Part shown: positions 12,487-22,786 of the stretch, piece after piece | Layout: every line of letters begins with the position of its first letter | Position numbering within the stretch: the first letter of the stretch is position 1 | Assembly: GCA_030295235.1 (NCBI GenBank) | Contig: AP026130.1 | Coordinates: 1,240,001 to 1,304,000, forward strand | Direction: 5' to 3' | DNA length: 64,000 nucleotides | Source: Fistulifera solaris | Taxonomy: Eukaryota | Position numbers and translations under genes: made by a program | The notes under the pieces: generated by a model | Told to the model about the DNA's origin: nothing | What the model saw: only the letters and a program-made list of their open reading frames with translations | The model's database searches: none

Positions 12487-12867
12487 ATGTACACAAGCTT
12501 AGCAGATCTTTCAGACTCCCAAAAGGAGGAAATGGTTGCCTCTCTGGCGTGCCTGTTGGTTGGTCAGAACGGTAGCGAGGAGGGCATCACTGCTGATTCG
12601 CTGAAAGCCGTTGCCGATGCCTCTGGCAACTCGCTTTCACCAGCGATCGCCACTCTTTATAGCTCAGTCGCCTCCCAAGTCCCCAACGGCGTAAAATCGT
12701 ACATGCTTGCCCCTGGAGGTGGCGGCGGCGGAGGAGGCGGCGGTGCTGCCAGTGGTGGAGCTCCTGCTGCTGCAGCTGCCGCTGCGGCTGAGCCCGAGGA
12801 AGAAGAGGCTGAGGCACCAGCTGTTGATATGTTCGGTGGCGGTGGTGGCGGCGGAGGTGATTACTAA
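12487..12867 (+). CDS. RPLP1: 60S acidic ribosomal stalk protein P1
   Basis: P1-type N-terminal helices, Gly/Ala hinge, acidic tail; probable 5'UTR intron (GTAAG ~12346 to CAG ~12475). Confidence 0.8.
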   Translation: MYTSLADLSDSQKEEMVASLACLLVGQNGSEEGITADSLKAVADASGNSLSPAIATLYSSVASQVPNGVKSYMLAPGGGGGGGGGGAASGGAPAAAAAAAAEPEEEEAEAPAVDMFGGGGGGGGDY

Positions 12868-13026
12868 GCCAGCTCTCATTTAACACTTAAATCACTTTTT
12901 TATTTGGATTATCCGGCATAAGTTGAAGTCACGGAGGCGAACGACAAACGAATGAACTGGAGAGAATCACAATGATGAACAATTGACTATGTTAATTTTT
13001 CAAGCTGTTGTCGCCTGTCGCCGCTT

Positions 13027-14040
13027 CTACAGTACATTCATCAGAATAGCAGGTTTATTGACACATAGCTCATCCACTCCCGTATCTAGTACGGCTTCGT
13101 AGCATCGAATGTCTTCGTCACCTATATCCAGATAGCGTGTTCTTATATCCTCAGCCATACCTACAGGACCACGAAACCACGCCATACTGCGCAAACCAGC
13201 TTGACGAATAGCATCAATTCTTTCGACTGTGCACGTGTCATACTGAAGATGGATCTCTGTTGCACCGCAATCCTTGGCTATTTCGATGAAATTGTTGGGA
13301 AGATTTCTGTCAAAAAGCGCTCCGGTGGGATACATATCGCGATCAGGTCTTAATCGTCGCAACTGTCGTATTTTCTCATGATCGAAGCAGCTATAAGCGC
13401 ATTGATTCTCCATTTTCAGGCGTTGGCTCAACTGTCCCCGGACCTTTGAGTTCGATCTTCACTTGCAAACCTGTGCCTTGTAAATCCAATAGGACTTCTT
13501 CGAGGCTGGGGATGCGGGCTTTTTCAATAAAATGTCTTTCACAGGCAAATTCGGGGTGATTGGGATTGAATGCAAGTTTCTGTGATTGCTGGTAGGACAA
13601 ATCAAGGATACTGACTCCTTCTTGACCCAAGCAGTAGTCCGACAAATCGCCAGGAATCTGATCCGAACCGCCGCCGTGGAATACAACTACAACAGGATCA
13701 TCCGACTCTTCGTCACGAAGAGCAAAGACATCCAGTTCAACTGCGTCGCACCCAAGATCAATGCATCTCAAAAATGCCTCACGAGTGTTCTCCAACGCAT
13801 CGTACAGCGCCCCACGGTGACCAACAACTTTTTGTTCATTTCTTCTCGAAATAACGTTTTCTTGAACCTGTAACGCGTGTCGCAAGCTATATTTCTCTGG
13901 AAATGTCGGCGTCGCCGTAACGTGAGCTGTGACATCTCGTGAGCTTTCTGTCGTATCATCGTTGATAGTGACTGACGGGTCGCTCGCCGTGACGCTGGTC
14001 GCATTCTTTACATCCGAACGTTGCGGGAGCTGTTCTGCAT
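13027..14040 (-). CDS. Glycerophosphodiester phosphodiesterase (GDPD)
   Basis: VGHRG, ENT..AF, AVELDV, IELKG, GVDELCVNKP motifs; frame break near 13425 looks like a small deletion; start uncertain. Confidence 0.8.
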
Positions 14041-14479
14041 GTAAGTGGATAGTATGGCTGTAGGCTCGTCTAGTCAGAAGAAAGCAAGGTGATGGGATGA
14101 CGCATTGAAAACAGATCAGAATACGAAAAATTGACCAAAAGAACGGAAGACAAAGATGTCTTGTCTAGTTCCATTCATAGGACGACGCATCGTAGCTGTA
14201 GAGTTCCTTTGATTTGGGGCAATGCAGAGTTTTCGTACGTTCTAAGTCTTCTTTCATCAACCGCTTCACAAGATCTGCTTCCTCCATCTTTCGACGAAAT
14301 TCTTTTTCATCCTTCCATTTTTAGGTTGGCTGACGCCCGCAGGAGGCAGCAGGCGGAGAGGTGCAGAGATTTAATGCCATTGTGACGTTATGTGCTTCAG
14401 TACTATTGGACTGATTACTTTGTATAACTCTAGAGAGGTGACATTGGCACGTGTTCGTACGATTAAAACCACTTCCATA

Positions 14480-14940
14480 GATGATTGCAAACGCCGATTC
14501 ATTCCAGAATTTGATCGCGAACACTGGTTCCAGAATTTCTGGAAATGCCACAGAAACTCTGTACCGGTAAGTGGTATGATCGCAAAAACCAATTCCAGAA
14601 TTTCTGGAACATCGCAAACAGCGGATCTTCTAAATTTCTGGAACTGCCACAGAAATTCTATATGATCGCAAATACCGATACCACAATTTATGTGGAACCG
14701 TCGCAAAAATTATGCATGATTGCGAACGCAGATTCCAGAATTTCTGGAACGACCATAGAGTCTCAGTATGATCGCAACTACCCATTCCAGAATTTCTGGA
14801 AATGCCACAGAAAGTCTGTCTGATCGCCAACACTGATTCCAGAATCGCTGGAAATGCCACAGAAATTCTGTATGACTGCAAAAACCCATTTAAGAATTTC
14901 TGGAACGACCACAGCATCGCCAACACCGATTCCAGTTTCC
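14480..14940. repeat. Degenerate 52-bp tandem minisatellite containing palindromes
   Basis: TGATCGC-like unit starts at ~14663, 14717, 14769, 14821, 14873; unit approximately TGATCGCAAAnACCGATTCCAGAATTTCTGGAAATGCCACAGAAATTCTGTA. Confidence 0.85.
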
Positions 14941-15613
14941 GATCGATTGCTGGGTGGAATTCGATATTATTTATCCTGGTAAAGCATCCTTTCTATTGGA
15001 TATCCGGGAATGGAACTTTGTAAGTCCCATCCCACTATACATTGATGATGCTACGTGTTTACATAATGTTATATCTGCTGTTAATTAATAACCAGAATGT
15101 CTTATGCCAAAATCTTGTTGTGCGTTGGCGCGTTGGTAAGAAATAAGATTCAAACCTGAATCTTCGTGTGGTGTCAGTACCTGAAACTTGATTTAAGCCA
15201 GGGTTCCATTTCCGAACTTCAGCTGACAGATTTCCGTGCCAGTCGTGCATCGAATTTCTCCGGTACAGTTTGAGAGACACTGTCCTTTTACTCTACGGTG
15301 AAAGAAAAGGGAGAACATAGAACATAGAGAACATCCAGTCAATGAAGAATAAAGAATATGCATCGATGTTCATTGTCGAATGTAGACTAGATGATGATAT
15401 TCAATTTTCAACTACAAGTAACGCTATGTTTTGGTTTTGGTATTCGCGGTTCGCAGGGTGTCATGTGGCATCTCCGCTCTCCGCTCTCCGCTCTCCGGTC
15501 TCCGGTTTGTTCATTTTCTTTTGGCTTGAAATAATGAAAGCCCAACACATTGCAAACTCCGCTTAATTCGATAATCATTCTTTCCCGATCAAATAAGATA
15601 GCTTTCATCATTC

Positions 15614-15976
15614 ATGCAAGCAACTGACAGCTTCACTATGAGAGGATTCTGCCGTTCGCCACTCGATAATAATGACAGTCTCATTCGCGCGTTGATGTAT
15701 CGCCCAATGTCTTCAAGAAGGTCTGAAGAAGATGTGCCTTCAGAATCGAATGCAGCGCCTCCTTCCGCATTGGAGTCCTTACCTGCTTCACAGGACACAG
15801 ATTTCTCTTCTACAGAACTGGATGACCTCATACGAGAATCGTTGGTCGACGCTCTTGCTTTGCATGCCAGGACAAGAATCATCGCGGCCCATGCTGAGGT
15901 AGCCGTTCAAGGGCAGAATGTGCTTACGAGGCAATACATTGATCTATGTGGAGACAAGGGATCAAAACTACAGTAA
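15614..15976 (+). CDS. Possible small hypothetical protein
   Basis: 120-aa ATG ORF with protein-like composition and no recognisable domain. Confidence 0.3.
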   Translation: MQATDSFTMRGFCRSPLDNNDSLIRALMYRPMSSRRSEEDVPSESNAAPPSALESLPASQDTDFSSTELDDLIRESLVDALALHARTRIIAAHAEVAVQGQNVLTRQYIDLCGDKGSKLQ

Positions 15977-16418
15977 ATGGCTCGTTGCTGCGTGCCAGGT
16001 CATGAAATACTACCGTCCCCTCTTGTATGAATTTGCAGCTGTGTGCTACGTTGTTAGCAAGCTAAAGCTTTCTCACACATAGATTTATTCGTTTTCCGAT
16101 TCACTGCATTAGTAGCTAGCTTGTGGAAGATGTAAATGCCAGAACCAACGTCTCGCCATGCAAAAAACCATTGCAAGGATTGTTGATGAAACAATAACTT
16201 TATCAAAAAATAATGGCAAATTGGATAGGGACTGATTTTCAGTCGTGGGGGCATAGAAATACACTTTGACGACGCGATAAACAAACATTTTTCAAATGCA
16301 ATTTGTGAAATCAAATTAGAATTTAAAATCCAAGATAAAGCACTTATTCGAGCTTTTGTCGTCATAATGATCGCACCATTTCGAAATAACAACTTCTTGT
16401 TCAAAGTAATCGGCTATC

Positions 16419-17198
16419 ATGAGCACCATGTCAAAGGATTTGGCGACTGACCTTTCCAAGTTCTACGAGCGTTCTCTTCACGACGAGTTCCGTACTCCCG
16501 AGCCGGGGCATTTGAACCAGCGCACCAAGCTTGTGCATGGGACTGTCTACTCCGAAAAGCTTAATTCGTCCACTCATTTCTCCTTTGCCCTTCAGCCGAA
16601 ACAGGAGAACGGCAAGGACGCCAAGAAGCCTGTCGTAGTTCTCACGGCGACGAAAGACAACAAGTCGAAAAGTCCTTTTATCATCAAGAACACGGAAACG
16701 AAAAAGGAAGTCGGACGTGTCATGTTACAGTTCAAGACGATGAAATACATTTCTTATGCTGTCTTCCGCGGGGATGTTCAGGTGGCATCTATCGTCTATC
16801 ATGTGCCGACGATTCGAAACTTTTTGAGTCTAGATCCTCCCCGTGCGGCTCAGGTCGCGATCCCCGATCCTATCGAGAAAAATCCGACTTGGTTGGCCGA
16901 TGTCTGTAAAGAGAGTATTCTCAACAAAGGTTCTCTCAAAGCCGCTGCCGATGAATCTCCCGGTCTAGTCTTGCTTCAGAACGCTGTCCCGTACAAGAAA
17001 CCGGATGGTAGCTTGGGTTTGAACTTTTACGGTCGTGGGCAGCAAGCTTCGTGCCGCAACATGCAACTCATTGATACTAGTGAAACGGTCGTTTGTCAAG
17101 TTGCGAAATGGGATACATGTGTTCACAACGTTGACTTTGCGTCTCCATTCTCGAGCTTTCTCGCTTTTGCGTTTGCGCTAGCTCAGCTTGACCTCTAA
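16419..17198 (+). CDS. Tubby C-terminal domain protein
   Basis: LNFYGRGQQASCRNMQL and FASPFSSFLAFAFALAQLD match the tubby C-terminal consensus (LNF.GR...S.KNFQL; .P.S...AF...L..FD). Confidence 0.8.
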   Translation: MSTMSKDLATDLSKFYERSLHDEFRTPEPGHLNQRTKLVHGTVYSEKLNSSTHFSFALQPKQENGKDAKKPVVVLTATKDNKSKSPFIIKNTETKKEVGRVMLQFKTMKYISYAVFRGDVQVASIVYHVPTIRNFLSLDPPRAAQVAIPDPIEKNPTWLADVCKESILNKGSLKAAADESPGLVLLQNAVPYKKPDGSLGLNFYGRGQQASCRNMQLIDTSETVVCQVAKWDTCVHNVDFASPFSSFLAFAFALAQLDL

Positions 17199-17411
17199 CT
17201 GGATATCGTGCCAAGCTCAAAAAGCAACGAATCATAGACAATAATTTTTTTCTATAGAATCGATGACTGCTGTTCAACACTACGCTATAAGTTTACTTAG
17301 AATAGAAACCCACTTCATCGCCACTTGTTACCTGACGCATTTCGAGTGAGAATACAACAACGAAATGATTAAAGCTGATTCGATTTCCTTTTTAGATCCT
17401 TAATTTAACCT

Positions 17412-18461
17412 CTAGACTGATTCATTAATCGCTTCTACTGACTGTATTCCTACCATGGAAAAGAGTCCTTTGTTGCGAACGATGGCATCCAACACGTCGC
17501 GACCTTCGACTACTTTTCCAAAACAAATGTCACCTTCAACTACTTCCCGTTCTTCTCCTCCCATATTAATGTAAAACATGGGACCGCGACTCGAGAAAGC
17601 AACTAGAGTTTCAGTGAGCAAAGAGCCATACATGTGTATGTGCAACTAAAAGAACAACCACTTACCGGAGTACTTCTCATTCTTGTAGTGCTCTGGGCGT
17701 TCCACAAATGCCACTTTCGTCAAATTCGCTTTCTTGAATTTGTCATTGTCGGTTGTGCCTATCATAGTCGCGTAGATATCACCAGACCCAGAGTTGCCGT
17801 GTACCAGCGATAGTCCATCATAGAGTTTCGCTTCCGCGATCCGCACGAAATGACTTGCCGCATGCGGTGCTACCTCCACTGGTGCCAATTGAATGACAAA
17901 GTAATTTCCAGAGGTCAACGTCACTTTCACTTTGACTGTGATCTTTGGATGGTAGAGCTGTAAATGGCGATACGATGCTGTCTGAATCGCTTCTTCTAAC
18001 TCTTTCACGCGCGTCAGATATTTGTTCTCCATCTCTTCCGCTTCTGCGTAAGCCTGGGAAGCGAAATCAAGGTTATCACCTTGACGACGTAAATCAGCCA
18101 ATATCTCTTTCTTTGTGGCCTCGATCTTTTCTGTATCAGCCGTGATTATTTTTAAAGTGGCCTTGGCGTCTTCCAACTCTCGGGCTAGCGATTGCTGCTC
18201 TCTGTGTAAGGAAGCCACTTTCTGGCGAGTTTGTGTCACTTTTGCGTATAGTTTGATCTGGTACGCCCACGGAGCAAGTGCAACTAGTATTACGATGGCC
18301 AGAGTACGATAAGAGAATGCGGATTGTTGTTTTTCCCATGATTGATGCGAAGGACGACGATACGTGGAAGAAAACGAAGGCTTGTCGGCTTCTGTTTTCT
18401 TCAAAGGAAGCGTCTCCGGGAGAGACGCGCCTAGGTTTCGATGTCGCAATGTGGTGGACAT
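17412..18461 (-). CDS. Membrane-anchored coiled-coil protein with divergent cyclophilin-like domain
   Basis: TM helix, coiled coil, then APHAASHF...LYDG, FYIN, CFGKVVEG.DVL; intron 17603-17665. Confidence 0.7.
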
Positions 18462-18948
18462 GGTGACTTTGATGGAAGCATCAAATGAATACAAAGTGAC
18501 AAACAATCTTTATTGTTTCATTTCTGTGTCAACTAATAACGCGATGAAACAGTTTCGGTGCGCGGCCCGGCTCGCGTACGTGAGGTTCATAACACGTTCG
18601 CTACTAGGGGGGAAGGAGCCATCAACGCATGCACGCTCTCTTCGTACGTAGTAATTTCTGTTGAAGGTTCACCGGTACGACAAGCTCTTTGTATTTTCGT
18701 TCGTTCGCCGATCGTTCATCTACGTCCTTCCTTCAGTCCGTCTACCGTTTACCCCCATTACTAAACCAAAAGTGCCTCCGAACCGAACGCCTTTGCCGAT
18801 CGCAAGGAAAATTGTTGCCATCGCTCTTCAAAAGAGGTTCTTAGTTCTTTCTACTTCCTACTTTCCAAACTTTCGGTTAAATCGTTGGACTGTTTTAACA
18901 CCCTTCGCCCGAAGTTTTTATTATCGATTTTTATTCATTTACTGAAAC

Positions 18949-19917
18949 ATGCCTCTCTCTACCGAACGCAAAGCCGAGTACTTCACCAAACTAAAGGGCC
19001 TTTTGAGCGAATTCAACAAGGCTTTCGTTGTCGAAGTTGATAATGTCGGATCCAACCAGTTGCAGGTTGTGCGTCAGGCACTCCGTGGTCGCGCTGAAGT
19101 TCTCATGGGTAAAAACACCATGATGCGCAAGTGCATCCGTGAATTCATGGAGGAGAACCCTGATAGCCCTATCGGACAACTCGAGGAAGTTTGCCGTGGA
19201 AACATTGGTTTCGTTTTCACCAACGGTGATCTTGGTGCCGTCCGCGAGGTCTTGGAATCGCAAGTTCGTCCTGCCCCGGCCCGTGTTGGTTCCGTCGCGC
19301 CTAGCAAGGTCGTTGTCCCCAAAGGTCCTACCGGATGTGATCCTGGTCAAACTGCTTTCTTCCAGACCTTGCAGATTGCCACCAAGATTACCAAGGGTCA
19401 GATTGAGATGGTGAACGATACTGACCTCATTGAGGCCGGTGAGAAGGTTACTGCTTCGCAAGCTGCTTTGTTGCAGAAGCTCGGCATTGAGCCTTTCACT
19501 TATGGTTTGGTCTTGAAGAAGGTCTACGATTCCGGTAGTTTGTTTGATGCCAAGGTGTTGGACATTACCGACGATGTATTGAAGGCCAAGTTCGCCGAGG
19601 CTTTGGCCAAGATCGCTTCCATTTCGTTGGCGATCGGATACCCCACCAAGGCTTCGGTTCCCCACACTATCGTCAACGCCTACAAGGCCATGCTCGCCAT
19701 CACCTTGCAGTTGGAGAACTACACCTTCGATAAGGCCGATATGGTCAAGGAATACCTCAAGGATCCTTCGAAGTTCGCTGGCTCTGGTGGCGGTGGTGGC
19801 GGCGGCGCTGCTCCGGCTGCTGCTGCAGCTGCCGCGGCTGAGCCCGAGGAAGAAGAGGCCGAGGCTCCCGCTGTCGACATGTTCGGCGGCGGTGGCGGCG
19901 GTGGTGGAGACTACTAA
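18949..19917 (+). CDS. RPLP0: 60S acidic ribosomal protein P0 (uL10)
   Basis: DNVGSNQ, MGKNTMMRK, GNIGFVFT, GQTAFFQTLQIATKITKGQIE; strongly biased codon usage. Confidence 0.97.
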   Translation: MPLSTERKAEYFTKLKGLLSEFNKAFVVEVDNVGSNQLQVVRQALRGRAEVLMGKNTMMRKCIREFMEENPDSPIGQLEEVCRGNIGFVFTNGDLGAVREVLESQVRPAPARVGSVAPSKVVVPKGPTGCDPGQTAFFQTLQIATKITKGQIEMVNDTDLIEAGEKVTASQAALLQKLGIEPFTYGLVLKKVYDSGSLFDAKVLDITDDVLKAKFAEALAKIASISLAIGYPTKASVPHTIVNAYKAMLAITLQLENYTFDKADMVKEYLKDPSKFAGSGGGGGGGAAPAAAAAAAAEPEEEEAEAPAVDMFGGGGGGGGDY

Positions 19918-20089
19918 ACATGTAATGCATTTACTAATGTAGTATTTTTTACTATCACTCTTAATTACACTGCGTACGTAGACAGTCTAGTTGCTTATAC
20001 TTTACGTGTCGTCACTGCCGTGATAGAGGCTAGAATTGATGAGGTCGACAATACTCCGGAATGGTCTATGGTTCTATTGTAAAATATTA

Positions 20090-22481
20090 TTATTCTTTAA
20101 GTGCTCGTAACTGCTTTGCCTTGGTCCGAGCAGCTCTTTCACGTGCACCAGAGTCAAGAAGCTTTTTGCGCAGGCGTACACTGACGGGTGTCACCTCGAT
20201 CATCTCATCAGGGCTCATATAAGCAATGAGCTCCTCGACTGACATTCTTTTGGGATTTGAAAGCTGGATTTTCTCGTCCTTCGCCTGCGTCCGCATGTTT
20301 GTCTTTTCCTTAGCTTTGATCGGATTCACTTCCAAGTCACCGGGTCGAGAGTTCTCTCCAATCACCATGCCCGAGTAAACTTCTTCACCGGGGCCGACGA
20401 ACAAGACCCCGCGAGCTTCCAAAGTGGACAAAGCAAAAGCAGAAGCCTTTCCCGATGCGTTGCTCACAAGTTTCCCTTTTTCGTGAAGACTTGACTCGGA
20501 CCCTGTTCGTTCGCGATCCCCGATGAAAATGTGATGGACGATTGCGCTTCCTCGAGTTGCTGTAGCAAGCTCGGATCGAAAACTCACCAAGCATTCCTCG
20601 ACTTGGCATTTCAAACACCAACTGAGTCTTGCCCTCTTCTTGGTTTGACATGTTCTGCAACACTGCTTGGCGCTCTTGACCGGTTAGCAAGTTGATCACC
20701 GCTCCAGCATATTCCGAATCAACGTCTACCACCAGCTCTTCGTACGGTTCGAGTGTTTTCCCAGTGTCAGGGCATGTCTTGGTGAGGATACGAGGTGGCG
20801 AAATCAGGAGCTCGAACCCTTCCCGACGCATCTGTTCCACGAGAATACCAAGCTGCAATTCACCGCGTGCGTAGACGACCGTTTTATCAACATCGCTCTC
20901 GTTTTCGGTTATTTTTAGAGTTACATTGTTGTCAGCTTCTGACATGAGGCGGTCTCTGATTTGTGATGATGCAATTTTTGATCCTTCTTGGCCAGCCAAG
21001 GGCCCATCATTGGCACCAAAGTCCATCGCTAACGTCGGAGGCGCTAGGGGTGGCGTATCGAGCGGCTCGAGTACGGCATTGACAACCCCCGTCAATGTGT
21101 CTCCCACGCATATCGAGTCTGGAACACCTGTCAAAGTAACGTAGTCCCCTGCGCACGCTACATCTTCTAAAGGGACCCTTCGAATACCTTCGTGTACGAA
21201 AATTCCAGATATTGTTGACGGAGGACCTGCACTATCCTGTTGACCATTTCGCGGTAGTACAACGACATTGTCATTCTTTTGAATAGAACCAGACATGATC
21301 CTTCCACTGCAGGTACGACCCAAGAATGAATCGTAGCCCACCGAAACAGCTGCAAGGCTAAACTTATCATTCATCAATGCATCGGGTCTCAATGACGTTG
21401 TTTCGTTCTTTTCGGATGCTGCCTCGTGGATAAAAATTGTAGGCTCCGGAATTTTTTCAAGTATAAGGTCCAACAAAGCGCCCATACTTTGTTTATCCGA
21501 AAGATCGTCATTCCTGCTTACCCACCCCTCTCTGGCAGATGCATAGACCGTAGTATACTCGAGCTGCTCTTCTGTCGCACCAAGCACGTCAAATAAATCC
21601 AGTATCTGTGTCTCAGTTTCATCGAGACGAGAAGTTGATCGATCGCATTTATTAAGAACCACAATCGGCTTCAGCCCTAATGCCAGAGCCCGAGTTAACA
21701 CATACTTTGTTTGACTCTTGGGTCCTTCCGTCGCATCAACTACAAGAACAAATCCATCCGCAACACCTAATATTCGATCGACTTCCGCACTAAAATCGGA
21801 GTGCCCTGGACTGCATGTGTAGAGTGAGTATCTTTGAATACGAGCGAAGAGTAACGCGGTCGAATCGATCGAGGGAAACACAAACGAACGAACTCACGTA
21901 TCCGCCATGTTGATAATCACGTCGCCATACTGAAGGCGTGTCACCTTGCTGGTAATGGTGATTCCACGCTCTTTTCCAGGTCTCCGGAATCCATCTGCAA
22001 GAGCAACAAGAAATGAGAGTGAGTGCAACCGAAACCATCCACCGAAAAATTTCACAGGTTTCAACTTACCAACCGATCGACTGCGTCGGGATTATCGGCA
22101 GCCACCAGCAACTTATCGACTAAACTTGTCTTTCCATGATCAACGTGGGCGATAACTAGAGATTATGTTACCATTAGTAGGTTGGAACACATGATGTCGA
22201 CGAGAGATGATGGGCACACGTGTGCACTTACCTGCGATATTCCGCATTCCCTGTCGTCGAGCTGTTGTATATGGTGCAGACGATGATGCAAACCTCCTTA
22301 ATGACTTGTTCCAAGTCGTTTTGAGAAAGTGACACCGCTCATCTAATGGTTGGGTCTGTGGAAGTCGAGGAACGAATCTTCGTAGTGGTTGTTGACGAAC
22401 GGAAAGTGTAATTTGGCGAATATTGCTCGGTTTTCGAGCCGATGTCGCCCACCGGGGAGACAAAATGAGATTGCGCATCAT
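20090..22481 (-). CDS. typA: TypA/BipA translational GTPase with N-terminal organellar (probably mitochondrial) presequence
   Basis: RNIA/IIAHVDHGKTSLVD, ERGITITSK, PGHSDF, NKCD, RGELQLGIL.E.MRREG, EVYSGMVIGEN, IEVTP..VRLRK; three 5' introns; frame break at ~20585. Confidence 0.92.
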
Positions 22482-22786
22482 CTCCCTCTACAATTATTGC
22501 CAAGTTTGTGAAGAATGTCTGTCGGCGTTATGTGTTGATGAAAAAAAAAAGCAAAATGTTTTTGACGTGGAAAGGAGAAAAAAACAAATGAGGGGCCGAT
22601 ACGGAAAGAAAAAAGCACGCAAGGAGTGACAGACGCCAACAACTAGGTGCAATATTTTGTACATTTGTAGATTGAAATATTAGTCGAAACCTTTCTCAAG
22701 GCTGACTTCAAACAGAAGGAGCCCATCTTATTTGCGCTGTTCAGCAGATAGCACTCTACTCCGTACTCTAAAACCTCAAACAGGCA

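Noticed and set aside
14480..14940. ORFs in the 52-bp array (and the ORFs at 34613-35854)
   Set aside because: Translations of tandem repeats in several frames, with no coding signal
18991..19665. 224-aa antisense ORF over RPLP0 (likewise 33622-34224 and 46938-47459)
   Set aside because: Expected shadow ORFs from biased codon usage in highly expressed genes
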